Assembly (NCBI GenBank): GCA_951406725.2
Contig: OX597823.1
Coordinates: 3,100,001-3,164,000 of the forward strand
Length of the DNA stretch: 64,000 nt
DNA from: Octopus vulgaris
Taxonomy: Eukaryota
Direction: 5' to 3'
The translations under genes and the position numbers were made by a program. How positions within the stretch are numbered: position 1 is the first letter of the stretch; every line of letters starts with the position of its first letter. Shown in pieces: positions 13,514-28,711 of this stretch. Under the pieces are notes generated by a model. The model worked only from the letters and a program-made list of their open reading frames with translations, was not told the DNA's origin and did no database searches.

Positions 13514-13589
<76 letters not shown>

Positions 13590-13914
13590 ATGTATGTGTG
13601 CGCGTGCACGTCATATACAAAAATGCGCGTCGATATGAAACCATATCTTTTATAATTTTAGTTTAGTTTAATCAAGGCCTTGCTGGAGCATCTCCTTCGT
13701 GTTTCTCTAGATGCATATTGTGGGTTTATGTTGATATTCTCCCCACTAACACTTATGTTCTTCCTGTTCGCAGTTCAAACTCCGTTTTCTCTACAAAATA
13801 CAAAAAAAAAGCCGACGTTTCTTAAGAAAGTAATGCAGGGGAAGTAACTCTCACATCTGTATCGATCGTAAACTTTCTTCCAATCTCCGTTGGCAGAGTT
13901 TCAAATATTTTATC

Positions 13915-14195
13915 CCTCACTTGTTTCGGGCAAGGCAGCGGGGCCATGCTTCGGTAGCGCTTTGAAGACTTCCAGCCGAATGAATCGAGCCCAGCCTATT
14001 ACTTATTCTATCGGTCTCTTTTGCCGAACCGTTAAGTTACGGGGACGTCAACACACCAACAGAGATTATCAAACGTTGAAAGTGGGGTGGGGGAGGACAC
14101 ACATAGATACATATACGACGGGCTTCTTTCAGTTTCCGTTTACTAAATCCTATCACAAGGCTGTTGTTGGCCCGAGGCTATAGAAGAAGACACGC
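13915..14195 (-). mobile_element. SINE family A, diverged partial copy
   Basis: ttattctatcggtctcttttgccgaacc...ggcttctttcagtttccg...gctatagaagaagacac. Confidence 0.75.
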
Positions 14196-14671
14196 TCTTT
14201 CCGTCTGCTAAGTTTTCAAAACTTTTGACGATTGAGTTTTCAAAATCTGGAATTGTTTTAGAGTTCAAAACCTGTTCGATAATTGTTGAAAATGGACCTG
14301 AAAGAAAGGTTCAGCTGAAACAATTTTGACCAAAGGAGAGTCAGAAGAGACCCCCATAACGGTGGGACTGGAAGAACTGTTGGACCAACTGCCTTGTAGT
14401 ATTTTCATATATAACATATAAAAAGGTACATCTTTCAGAACACTGTCATTTTATAAGATTTTCTTGAAAGAAGATTACCGGAGAACTTTCATCTAATTCT
14501 TCCAAATCTTTCAGTTAGAACTGTATTGAAACCATGAGGAATTTATTATTATTATTACACGTTTGACTTTTGCTTTGTATAAGTTGGCTCCAAGTCTCAC
14601 CCAGAGACAAGTTAGAAGTTCATATTGGTGTTATGCCTAGGGTGTCATATATTTGGTTTTGTATATAGAGT

Positions 14672-15100
14672 TCTATTATTATTATTACAGCAACTGGTCG
14701 CACAAGGTTTAACGTAACCTACTGAAGCAAGCCAGCACGCTCGCATCATCACCACGGGCGATGGCGAGGCGAAGGCGTTGTGAAAGCCAAGCACTCTCAC
14801 GGGCATCACCTGAGACCCCGGTGAGGCGAGCTGCCAACTTTGCGGTTAGTGGCCCAGCATCTCAAACACCACAGGCCTGGAAGCGATAGTTCACTGTCAG
14901 GTTCCGTTACTTCAGGGTCTTTCTGTTTTCCGTTCGGCTACGGAAGCAGTAACCCTCCCACGAAAATAAGTAGCATGGTAATAGCCTGGCTTGTTCAGGT
15001 CCATTTCTTATACCTGTGCCTTTCGTTGCAAATTCCATAAGCCGCGCCAGCCAAATCATGCCTTACGTTTCGTTAGTGCCTTTTCAATGGGCAATCATTT
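14672..15100 (-). mobile_element. 3' remnant of an RLE-type (CRE-like) non-LTR retrotransposon
   Basis: Minus-strand translation, combined with the paralog at 37480-37773, gives YRFQ..ETLG..GPLTAKFLSKLAARLTGVSGDARESAWLSQRLRLAIARGDDASVLAC. This resembles the CRE endonuclease C-terminus (QRLSxAIQRGNAASVL). Ends in (TAA)n. Confidence 0.65.
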
Positions 15101-15513
15101 AACTGAAATAAAATTTACCACACAACTAAAAATAACATTTTCGTTCTCCTATCGTAAAAAGAGCACACTAGTCGCTACTTTACAGAAAAAAACGAAGCAG
15201 GAACCCCTAGCCACTTACACAAACATACAAAAATAAAACAAAAGTGCATATGAATAAGTACTGGGCTTACAAAAAGAACAAGTCCCGGGGTCGAGTTGCT
15301 CGATTAAAGGCGGTGCTCCAGCATGGCCGCAGTCAAATGACTGAAACAAGTAAAAGAGTATGTATTTATGTATGTACGCTGTGGGGAAAAAATTGGAAAA
15401 ATTTCCATCAAAACAGAGATGTCCTTTATACGAGGGTTTTAAGTAGAACTTTACGAAAAAATTTAGAGGCCCTGAAAAGGGCCGTTGGTCTAAAGCAGTA
15501 GCTTATTTTCAAT

Positions 15514-16532
<1,019 letters not shown>

Positions 16533-17535
16533 ACTGTGCAAGTTTTTCCAACTTCGTGGTCGTCACTAGCGACAAATCTCGGCCCTTTTCAGGGCCATTC
16601 ATATCCTAATGTAAGCCACCTCGCCCTCTTTGATATGCTTAAATAGATTTAGTTTAAATTTCAGCTTCATTTTCAAGGAATTTTTATTGTCCCTTTCTAT
16701 GGGCCTCTCGTCTCCTTACGTGCGACGTACCTTCATTAGATCGCAATATCTGGGATTGATAAAAGGCGGTGATTATGGTAGAGTTATAAGGCGCGCCCGT
16801 GCGAAATGGTTAGCGGCTACGTTCCGAGTTTAAATTCCTTTGACTTTGCCTTGAAACACGAAACGATTCATCTAGCCTCCCCCCCGAATGCTGGCCTTGT
16901 GCCAAAATTTGAAATTAATAATTTGATACACTATGTTTAAACTTAGTCAATTTTATCTTGGAGCATTGCGTGAACTGTTTACAATTACTAACAACTCCAA
17001 TATTCCAAATAGCTGGAAAACATCCAGTTCGACTCCGAACTCTGGAGTGTATTTTACCAAATTTGCATGAAGAATAGCAATTCTTTTTCACTGCTGAGCT
17101 TTCAACTCTTCATTTCGTTAAAATCCTTAAAAATATATTATAAAAGCTGATGGTTACAGGTGGGAGCTACTTCAGTTTCGCACAAGACAGTATTTATGCT
17201 AGAGATAACAGCTACATGCAGGCTCCGGGTGTGCGAACAGAGAGCTACTTGCTAATAAAGCATCTGGACTGCTTCTCGACTCGGATCCACGCAAGCAAAA
17301 TCGTATGAATTGGGGACCCACAGCAGTATCCATTAAGGGTCCAAACTTTTTTCGCGAATGTTTTGTGTTGTACACTGAAATTTTTAAATCCCGTTTTAAA
17401 AATACGGAGTTCGAATCTGCAATTATGTTCCCTTTTTAATTTTTAAAAATTTATTTTGGATTTACTCTAGGTAGTCGTTGTAAATCGACTAGTCACGAGT
17501 GCGCGCACGGGGACTTTACTGTTAGCAAATGTTTG

Positions 17536-17686
17536 TACTACTTAAGAAAAGCGGTCCCGGTGCGCGCACTCGCGCATGCTAGTCCATTCTTGGTGCTTTT
17601 GTGTTTTATTTACTTTGCTGGGTAGTCGTTGTAGGATCGACTAGTCACGAGTGCGCGCACCGGGACCACTGTTCTTAAGTAGTACC
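17536..17686. mobile_element. MITE, GGTAC-TIR family (inverted paralog at about 34937-35085)
   Basis: TIR (G)GTACTACTTAAGAA.AG.GGTCCCGGTGCGCGCACTCG; CAAATGTTT flanks both sides; a partial extra end lies at about 17468-17515. Confidence 0.8.
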
Positions 17687-17944
17687 CAAATGTTTTCTTA
17701 GGCACACTCGCTTGGAGCGGTGGGTGTGAACATTTCAGTTGCGTCCGAATCAAATGTTTGGGGAAAGAAAAAAACGTGTAAGGTGTGGGATGTTTAGAAA
17801 TGGCTAAATCTCTCTTAAATCACAGCTTTTCATCTGGAAATTAAACAAATTGCAGGTTTGGACTGTCTGTATCTTAAAGCGATGACTTATATTTTCCAAA
17901 AGAGTGGAAATTCTAGAATTTATGGGGTGGGGGGTAAAAATTGG

Positions 17945-18655
17945 CGGACGTCAGAGATAGGAAGCACACATAAGTTGGTATTTCTCCGTTTTGACGGATT
18001 TTTCAGTGTTTCTTGGAAATGGATTTGGAGCATCATTTTAGCAGAAAAAAGAAATTCTCGAAAATTGTATTTTTATCCCCCCCCCCTTCCGGACCGATTA
18101 TGTGGGCACTACGCACTTTAAAAACTATAGAAACCTTTTCGATATAATTAGAGAACAAGTACACATTTTCAGACGAAAGAGCGAGTGATTTAATAGACAT
18201 TTGGCTGTTGTTTCTAGCACATCCCATGACCGGTTAGGTTGATAAAAGCCAAAAATTTCCCCCCAAAATATTTTTTTAATAGCATTTGAGTTTTTGCAGA
18301 TAATGTGGAAATGGGGAGAAAAATATTGAAAGATATCAATACTTGTCAGTGAGACAGAAACGAAGGAGCTGGTCACGGGGCACGCTAGAAACAGCAGCCA
18401 AATCTCCCTTTAAATCCTACACCTTTTCGTCTGAAAATATTTTTTTACCGAAAGGGCTTCTATAGTTTAAGTGCGTAGTGGCCACAAAACCGATCCGGAG
18501 AAGGGGTGGGGGTTTTAAAATCATTTTTCGAATTTATCTTTTTGTGAAAATATATTAATACCGTGGAAAAAAAATCTGAAATGCCTGTCAAAACCGATAA
18601 ATTGCAACGTAAGTGTGCTCTCGTCAGAAATCTTAGTTTCATATCAGGACATCCA
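17945..18655. mobile_element. Foldback-like element with long imperfect inverted arms (relatives at about 34030-34650, 44190-44690, 57000-57860)
   Basis: cactacgcactt..aaactatagaa / ttctatagtttaagtgcgtagtgg and ttggctgttgtttctagc / gctagaaacagcagccaaa are mirrored about a centre near 18300. Confidence 0.6.
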
Positions 18656-19472
18656 GTTTTAACGGAAGCAAAAAACTAAATCCCATCTCCAATATTCTAA
18701 TCAAACAATGGGAAGGAAAACTTTAATAGCACGAATGTGTACAGAGGGCGAAAAATACTGAAAAACATGAAGGTAGTCGTGGGATGAGCTAGAAACAAAA
18801 GCCTACTCCCATGGTTAAGTGCATTCCAAAATCGGTCCATGGAAAAATCCTTGAAAAAACGGAGAAAATCCAAATATTTTGCCAAATCGTATGAATTCCA
18901 GTGTCGTGAAATAAAATCGAAGGGTATATGGTGTGCTTGGATCAGAATTCCACAATCCTGATAAAAAGATTTCATTACTGTGATTGTTTTCAGTGACTAT
19001 CTTTACGTAACCTTTTCCGACAAATTCTTCAAAACAAGTGAGAGATCCGCTTACGGACCTTCCCACTCAGGGTCAGTTGCTTAAAAACTTTGTGCTGCTG
19101 GGCAGCTCCTAAGCCAGGTGTAGATATTACAAACCACGGTTAAGGAAATAAAAGAGAATCTGTAAATTCAGCTTTTAAACATTGAATAAGCTAGAGGAAC
19201 TCCAGAATACAATAGTAAACGAAGGCGTCCAGAGATAAAAACGGTTAAGAATCTATTTCTTTATTATCCATAAGGATTTACATAGATGGGGACAATACAA
19301 GGATTTGGGCACTTGGTTATGCCCATAACCTTATCTACGGAATGACGCCTTTTATGTCTTGCTATTAAGAATCGAATCGCAAATAAAATAAACGGTAAGC
19401 AGACTAAAATTAAGATGTAGTGGGCCCTGAAAAGGGCCGTTGGATTAAGCCAAGCACAATCACCGAAAGCGC

Positions 19473-19850
19473 TTACTTGGAAGCCTTCTGGGTCTTCTTG
19501 GGGAGAAGAACAGCCTGGATGTTGGGAAGAACACCACCCTGGGCGATGGTCACTCCAGACAAAAGCTTGTTCAATTCTTCGTCGTTACGGATGGCCAACT
19601 GTAAATGACGGGGAATAATTCTGGATTTCTTGTTGTCTCTGGCAGCATTTCCTGCCAATTCCAACACTTCGGCAGCCAAATATTCCATCACAGCAGCCAG
19701 GTAGACTGGAGCTCCGGCACCAACACGTTGGGCATAGTTTCCCTTACGCAGAAGACGGTGGATACGTCCGACAGGGAACTGAAGTCCAGCACGGGACGAA
19801 CGGGTCTTGCTCTTTCCCTTCACTTTACCTCCTTTACCACGACCAGACAT
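19473..19850 (-). CDS. H2A: Histone H2A (canonical)
   Basis: [32 protein letters not shown]...[11 protein letters not shown]; stem-loop at 19423-19438. Confidence 0.99.
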   Translation of the reverse strand: MSGRGKGGKVKGKSKTRSSRAGLQFPVGRIHRLLRKGNYAQRVGAGAPVYLAAVMEYLAAEVLELAGNAARDNKKSRIIPRHLQLAIRNDEELNKLLSGVTIAQGGVLPNIQAVLLPKKTQKASK

Positions 19851-20111
19851 TTTCAGAGTTTGATACTAATCTGGAACGAAACAGAGAGAACAATGAAATA
19901 AAAAGCGCCTTTCGCCTTTAAATACCGCCAAGGGGGCTCCAGCAGTCGGAGATTTGCACTAAGCAGGTGAAAAATGTTTTGTCACGTGGCACACTTGTCA
20001 AATTCTAACCAATGAAAATGAAGGGCGCGGATTTAGAAAAAATATTCCTCTGCTGAGCCTAGTTGACAACTATAAATAGAGTGGAGGTCCGGATGGTCGT
20101 TATGAAACATC
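19851..20111. promoter_or_regulatory. Divergent H2A/H2B promoter
   Basis: TATAAATA before H2B, TATTTAAA before H2A, CCAAT box, GTCACGTGG E-box; conserved in all four H2A/H2B pairs. Confidence 0.8.
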
Positions 20112-20489
20112 ATGCCACCAGCACCAGCTACCGCTTCGAAAGGAGCCAAGAAGGCTTCGAAGGCCAAAGCTTCACGTCCCCCCGGAGACAAGAAGCGCAA
20201 GAAGAAGAGGAAGGAAAGTTATTCCATCTACATCTACAAAGTAATGAAACAAGTCCACCCCGACACTGGCATCTCCAGCAAAGCTATGTCCATCATGAAC
20301 AGTTTTGTCAACGATTTGTTCGAAAGAATCGCTTCTGAAGCCAGCCGTTTGGCTCACTACAACAAACGTTCGACCATCAGTAGCCGTGAGGTGCAGACTG
20401 CTGTCCGTCTGCTTCTCCCTGGTGAGTTGGCCAAACACGCCGTCTCTGAAGGTACCAAGGCTGTCACCAAATACACCAGCAGCAAGTAG
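20112..20489 (+). CDS. H2B: Histone H2B
   Basis: [14 protein letters not shown]...[26 protein letters not shown]...KYTSSK; stem-loop at 20524-20539. Confidence 0.99.
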   Translation: MPPAPATASKGAKKASKAKASRPPGDKKRKKKRKESYSIYIYKVMKQVHPDTGISSKAMSIMNSFVNDLFERIASEASRLAHYNKRSTISSREVQTAVRLLLPGELAKHAVSEGTKAVTKYTSSK

Positions 20490-20759
20490 ATAAAACTATT
20501 CTAGTCTTCGTCTATTTGACAACGGCCCTTTTCAGGGCCATCCATATTCTCATGATTGTAACCACCGATTTTCTACTGTGATTGACGAAATAGCCGTAAA
20601 AAATGTGCGGGAAGTAATGTTGGTTATGGAGGACCCGATTCTGAATAAATTATTTCAATCCTCTCCCACCCCTTTCATTAACTTTTTCCGGAAATTTTTT
20701 TGTTTGTGAAATAAGTAGAAAATAACGATTCTGAAAAAGATTGGTTAAATTACAATTAA

Positions 20760-23700
20760 CCCAGGCCTTCATGCAGGCTATCCACGTGCTAGAAATAACA
20801 GCCAAGTCTCAACTGCGATAACCTAGTGTAATGAATCGACTGACCTTTCTGCAAAGATTTCTTTCAGAGTAATTTTCCTGCATTAGAAATTAAAGTGGTT
20901 TTCTTTTTAAAACTTAAAACCTTTTGCGATTTTTTTCAATCAATATACGTGGGGAAAAAATGAACATTAAATTCTAATTTATGGAAGGTTCCGACCCCAA
21001 AATCCCCTGCTCGCCGTCATGCTGTCTAAAAGTGAAAATGAATGATTGTTTTGTCTTCCACATAAATTACTCTGAAAGAAATATTTGAAAGGTGAGTAGA
21101 TTGATTACATTTTGTGAGATTTGGCTGTGATTTCTAGCATATGGCTAGCCTGCTTGAAGCCCTAGGGGCATTTTTTTTGAAAAATTGAAATTTTACAAAT
21201 TTCAGCATCGTAATATTTCGCAAAAAAGAAATTTCCGGAAAAATGAGGGGAGACTTTTGAAATTTTCAGAATCGGATCCTCAAACCCAAAAAGTGGTATT
21301 CCGTAAAAGAAATATCCATTTTACCGAAAAATCGGATCTTGGGAATTTTCCGACCCCCCCCCCCCCCGGGTCGTTAGCCCCAATTTTTTTTTTTTCATAT
21401 TCGTTTTCAAAAGGCTGGTTTATTTTTTTTTTTGTTCCCGGGTGAAGAAGATCTTAGTGATTCGTGGGTCGATAAAAAATCGCTGTGTATATAAAATAGA
21501 TCTGAGCTGAAGGAAGTTCAGTACAATTTTTTATGGAAATTACCGAACAAATGGATAAACTTTCCGAGGAGCCAAACATTAAATGGCTGCAAGAATTTTA
21601 TGATCCGAAACATTTGAGAATTTTAATAAACACGAATTCTTCACAAATTTCGGTCCCCCACCCCCTCCATCTTTGTATTCCACGTCCTGAAACCCTTGTA
21701 ATAAACATTTTTTTAAAAATTAACCCCTTCCTACTACATTCTTTCACAATGGTTGGACCAAAGTGTCTATATTGAAACGAAAGATTAATTTTAATTGTAA
21801 AAAGTACAATGCAACATTTGACTGTCAAAGAGAGAATGCAGAAACGTCGGTTTTCGCCAAGTGGGGAACCTTGAAAATTAGTATTTACTTGAAATACCGA
21901 AACGAAAATTCGTGTATAAAATGGATTACACACACTCACGACTTTGTTTCCTCATAACTTTTCAGAAAAATGGAATTTTCTACAAATACCTTTCAAATTG
22001 CACCAAAATAATTCAACAGAATCCAACGTTTTTTGGCAACGAAGAATCGGAATTTCAAAACTTAAATTTCTCCCCCATTTATTATTTTTTTTCGTTTTTG
22101 ACTTTTTCAAATTTTGGTGGGGATTCCATGTACGTAAATGCGAGGATTATGATTTTGTATTCTAAAGTTTCAAGTTTTGAATAAAACTACACCCTGCACA
22201 CATGAACGAAATGAGCATAGATGTGGTCCCTGCACATAGCTAGAAATAACACCCAAATCTCTGATGTCGAATATACACAACCCACATTTCTTGGTCAATA
22301 TAAAGATCCTCACCCGGGAACAAAAAGAAAAAAATTAACCAGCTTGTGTGGAAAATGAATATTAAAAATGCATTAGACGACCCTGGGGGTGGGGGAGGGG
22401 ACTTTCAGAAAATTCGCAAGATCCAATTTTTCCGTCATAACTTCGGATAAAATGGATATATATTGATTTTTTTTTTTACAGAATCTTCCACGTTTTTTAT
22501 GGAGGTTCCGATTCTGAACAAAAAAATTTCAAAAATCGCATTTTCAAAATGACATTATATTATCGCAATTTTGTGAGATTTGGCTGTTATTTCTAGCATG
22601 TGGATAGCCAGCCAGCTTGAAGGCCTGAGGGTATATATATATATATATATATACTCTTTACTCTTTTACTTGTTTCAGTCATTTGACTGCGGCCATGCTG
22701 GAGCACCGCCTTTACTCGAGCAAATCGACCCCAGGACTTATTCTTTGTAAGCCCAGTACTTATTCTATCGGTCTCTTTTGCCGAACTGCTAAGTGACGGG
22801 GACGTAAACACACCAGCATCGGTTGTCAAGCAAAATATATATTTTTTTCTTTTTGCCTTGTTGAAAGATTGAAATTTTACAGATTTTTTTTCAGAATTGT
22901 AATATTCGTATTTTTCTACGTATTTCGAAGAAAAAAAACCGGGAAAAGTGAGAAATGAAGAGTGGGAGAGAATTGAAATTTTGAAAATGCGATTTATAAA
23001 TTTTTGTCAGAATTGGATCCTCCATAACCAAAAACGCGGGATTCCGTAGAAAAATAAATCAATATATATCCATTTTATCCGAAGTTATGACGGAAGAATC
23101 GGATCTTGTGAATTTTCCAAAAGTCCCCTCCCCACCCCCGGGGTCGTCAGCGCGCATTTTTTTCAAATTCGTTTTCCATACACTTGTTAACACCTCCCCC
23201 CACCCGGCTGGTTATTTATTTTTTGTTCCTGGGTGAAGGTCTTTATATTGGACCACAAAATCTAATTCATTCCGCAAACGTACTTCCACGGTTAGAATGG
23301 AAGTTCTTACCATGCCCCTCACCTCCAACATACTTCATGGCAAAAACTCAGCGATTTTACGAAAAGAGAAACAAGAATCTGTTAAGGCAACCCCCATGAA
23401 TGGCCTGAGGGTGACTTTGCTGTTATTTCTGGCATGTCGGACGACCACACTGAGGCCTTTCAAATGTCGTCTGCTCAGGGTTTGTCATAAGACGGGCACC
23501 CAACATGGGACGATCTTTCGGAATTACTAGACATAACAGCCAAATCGTTCTTAATTACATGCTGACAAATGCGGAAATAAGGGATTTAAGAAATTGCATT
23601 TTTCAAAATTCCAATTCTTAAGTTAGACTTGACTTTTTTTTAGACACGTCTCCTTCATTCGTGTACGAAGCTATTTTGAGCTGTTCAATGTATGATAAAT

Positions 23701-25000
23701 TAAATTTAATAACAGAACACGAGAGCCTTTACTGTTTAGTGTAGATGTGTCTCAATTCTAACATAAAAGGCAAAGTATTTACGTTGAAGATGAATTAAGA
23801 TTCCACTCAAAATAAAAGAACGGCTTTCCCATATTACTTTGAAATAAAATGGAATTTGGAAAAAGTATGGAAAAGGGATTTAAATTCAATTCTATTTCTT
23901 TTGCAAACTTGTCGAATGCGGAAAGAAGAAAAAGAAGTGTGTGGAGTCAAAATGAGATTTAGCTGTTATTTCTAGCATGTGGAGACCGCTCATTTCCTTA
24001 GTTGAGTTGGAAATCACCCATGCATGCACGAATGAGTTTTTAAATATTTGAAATATTGGCGGGTGAGGAGAAGGAGTTTAAAAAGAATTTAAACTTTACA
24101 AAAAGCTTTTTTTTTTTTACAGAATCATAATTCTCGTATTTATTTACGAGGAATCCCTACCAAAAAATTCTGAGAAATGTGTAAATGAAAGAATGAGGGT
24201 CGGATTTAAATTTTGAAATACTTTTGCATAATCTGAATCTCCGTTGCCGAAACATCGGATTCCGTAGAAATGTTTTTAAAAGGGTTTTGGGTATGGTACA
24301 CCTCTACTACGTGCCTGGGAAAGTTTTTTCACAAGAAATTTCGATATAATCAGAATCTACAGCACCTATAGAGTATTTATAGAAAGAACTCAGTCCTTAA
24401 ATGGCAAAATTTACTTAGCTAAAAGGAAAAGAAATTTCGTTTTCAGCAAGAATGGCAAAGTGTAGAATGGTCCGAGAGAATTTGGGAGGATTCTGCCTTA
24501 ACAGTGGAAGGGAGATAACTCAATAGTAAAAGCTTTTATCAGCTTGTTGCAAAATCGTTCTCTTAAGAATGAGTCTGATCGATAGATATAAGTTACCAAG
24601 TCAGCATAAAGTGATAAAAAAAATCGAAAATTCATTGATCGACCATTAACTTATTCACGAATATCGATTTTTGATGAAGGAACCAAATCGAATTAAGAAA
24701 AATGCATTCTCAAAAGAGGACGAGATGACTCTTCCATCGATACAAGTGGAACCACCAAAGTTTGCTGCATAGGGGCGGACGTGGGGATAGTGACACACCC
24801 CGGCCGTCGGACTGTGTTGTGGATCCACTATTCTATGGAAAATAATACAGGGTACTTGGCTGTTATTTCTAGCATGATGCCAGAATACTAATAGAATAAT
24901 TTTGTTCATATTTCGTTAAGTGTCTTTCAATTTTTATCTGAAGAACAGATTTGAATGCGTTTGGCTGCAATTTCTAGCATGAGACGACCTTGCGTAAGTA
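20760..25000. repeat. Spacer built from shuffled, often inverted modules containing GCTAGAAATAACAGCCAAATCTC
   Basis: The motif or its reverse complement occurs at about 20787, 21117, 22238, 22575, 23416, 23527, 23953, 24857 and 24961; 20761-20880 and 21060-21165 are inverted. Confidence 0.7.
22651..22832 (-). mobile_element. SINE family A, 3' half
   Basis: Near-identical to 9541-9725. Confidence 0.85.
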
Positions 25001-25847
25001 AATTTCGTTTATAAACGCATAAACTTGCTTCAAATTCTATTGTTTGTTACTAGCATGAAGAATGGACCACACGGGAATAACCTATGAAATACGTGTCCCA
25101 AAATTTTAATTGAAGTAATTGTGATTGTTATGTAAATAACTTCCATTTAGCATAAATGAGAGATGTTGGTGGAGAGATCGATCTACAGAGATGGCAGTGA
25201 GAAAGATTTAATGAGACGGGGAGGGAGAATGCGGAGAAAGGCTACTGGAGTTTCCATCCTACACGGCACTTTGTAGACATGCGACATTCCAGTTCCCAGC
25301 CCATCGATGCGCGGGAGTGTTCTCATTCCTGTATTTGGGACACTGTACCGTCCGAATATACTAGAAACGTAAGATTGCCAAAAAAATTGTTTAAGGTTTA
25401 TTTATTCGAACTTTTTACATAAAATATTTACTTAGAAAAATGTCCTAAAAACATAGAGCAGGAAAAGCCTGCTCGATATGACTGATTTTGTAAATGATAA
25501 AGCCGAAGTCACATGAGAAAATTCTAGGTAAATACCGGCTTCAGGTTTCTCTTACTCAGCGGGGATTAAATTCGATGTTTTGTAGTTGGAATAAATGATT
25601 GATAAATCGGAGTTGAAAGATGCTGAAGAGTTAAGAAATGTTACGACCCAATAGAGGGAGACGAGAGGCTCATTGAAAGGGATAATAAAAAATTCCTTTG
25701 AAAAACTCAAAAACGAAGCTGAAATTCAAATTTTGGTTTAAGCATATCAAAGAGGGCGAGGTGGCTTACATTAGGATATGAGTGGCCCTGAAAAGGGCCG
25801 GGATTTGTCGCTAGTGACGACCACGAAGTTGGAAAAACTTGCACAGT

Positions 25848-26246
<399 letters not shown>

Positions 26247-26414
26247 CTACGACTTACAGATCACGTGATTAAACCAGCGAATTGCAGCAAAGCGTTCAGC
26301 AGCAGCAGCAGCTGTCGTTTGGCGCTTTCTCTTTGTGTTGTGAGAGGATGTGTGTCAACATTTTGGCGTTTCTTGTATATAACACTTTAGCGCCCAGATA
26401 TGGAGTGTATATAA

Positions 26415-26867
<453 letters not shown>

Positions 26868-27110
26868 ATTGAAAATAAGCTACTGCTTTAGACCAACGGC
26901 CCTTTTCAGGGCCTCTAAATTTTTTCGTAAAGTCCTACTAACCTTCGAAATAGTGGTATGTTTTATGTTCTCGTCTCCGATCGTTTATTTATGCATTAAA
27001 TTTCTTGATTCAGCCAAGTATAATTTGAAATGTGGTTCGGCAACTTCAGAAATATACATTCAACCACAAACAGAAAGAATTGTGAAAATGTGTTGGACAT
27101 TAATTTCCTT

Positions 27111-27172
27111 CCCGGCTCTTTCAGGGCCACTCTTCCTGATATGTAGGCCACCTCGCCCTCTTCGATATGCTT
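27111..27172 (+). pseudogene. Orphan H4-type 3' end (stem-loop plus downstream flank) without a CDS
   Basis: cccGGCTCTTTCAGGGCCactc...tgtaggccacctcgccctcttcgatatgctt aligns with the H4 3' flank at 62947-63009. Confidence 0.8.
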
Positions 27173-27436
27173 TAGTTTCGGGTTCAGTCTTCTACTATAT
27201 AGCCTCGAGCCGCCGTAAGTGGATTTGGTAGACTGAAACTGAAAGAGGCCCTTCGTATGTTTTGTATTTGTCCCCCAACATCGCTTGACAACCTATGGTG
27301 GTGTGTTTACGTCCCCGTAACTTTAAAATTCGGCAAAAGAGACCGATAGAATGTCCTGGGGGTCTATCTGTTCGGCTCGCAACGAAGATATAATTCTGAA
27401 AAAGATTTAATATTTCAATTTTTTACAAGAAAGAAA

Positions 27437-27805
27437 GGATCTTTTCGGTTTGAACGGCAGTTTTTTCTAGCGGTGTCATGAAATTGTCACCCATGTATCG
27501 ATCGATCTATTTTAGGGTTAGGGGTGGGGGAAGGGTATCTTTTCTTCAGAAATGTAAATAATCCCAATCTGTTTCTTAAACGAGGGACAAATTCATACGG
27601 CACAGAATGTTTTCACCTCAATATACGGTCATTGATTGGTTGAAATTGAAGAAAAAAACAAATATCTTACAACAAACTATAGAATTTTCTCAGAGCCAAG
27701 AGAAAAAGAGGTTTTATAAACACATTCTATCAGTATACGAAGTTTGAAATTTTTTAGTTACCCAGAAATTATGTTAAAAACTGCCGTTCAAACCGAAAAG
27801 ATCCC
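27437..27805. mobile_element. MITE, GGATC-TIR family
   Basis: TIR GGATCTTTTCGGTTTGAACGGCAGTTTTT at both ends; GAAAGAAA at 27429-27436 and 27806-27813. Confidence 0.88.
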
Positions 27806-28711
27806 GAAAGAAAATATATACCCTCAAGTCTTCAAGCAGGCTATTCACATGCTGGAAATAACAGCCAAAACTGCAATGACATTGTAGGAAGTATGTAATC
27901 AATCTACTCACCTTTCTGATAAGGTTTTCTTTCAGAGTAATTCATGTAAAATAGACAAAACAACCGTTCAGTTTCACTTTTAGACAGCGGGGTGGCTGGG
28001 GAATTTTGGGTCTAAAAATTTGAATTTGTGTTAAACTCCTCCCCCCACCCACCCAATTTAATATTTTTTCACTTATTCTGGAAATTTATTTTTGCGAAAT
28101 ACAAAGATGCGGAGATTGGACTCTGGAAAGAAAATTGCAATTTCTGCGTTACCTCGATCCCCTCCTTCCGATTCTACGGCCTTGGACTGCAAGCAGGCTA
28201 TTCACATGCTAGAAATAACAGCCAGCAAACTCTTGAGAAAAGAAAAGTGAAAATAGCAAAAGAATACTGTGACAAAGTGAAATGAAAATGTTCATTCATG
28301 TGTGCAAACACAATAATGTCGTTTGTTTTCCAAAAATCCATAAAACTGCTTCAACATTTCCTCGAATGAACATTTTTAATTTCACTTTTCTCATATTACT
28401 GCGGTGGCAAGACTTCTTGCCCGTCCCCGACCCCCAAAATACCACTTTTCTTTTTTTTTAGAAATACGTACAAAGAGATTATGATTCTGAATAAGAACAA
28501 TTGTTTCTACAGACTTGGACTTAAAGCAGGCTATTCACATGCTAGAAATAACAGCCAAACCTCACAAAACTACGATGACAATTCTACTCACCTTTCTGGG
28601 TAATTTCCCTCAGTAATATGACAAAGTGAAATTAAAATTCGAGAAAATAATGGGTTTTTTTAAAAACAAACGGCATTATTACAAGTAAAACGTGTTTGCA
28701 CACACAATATG

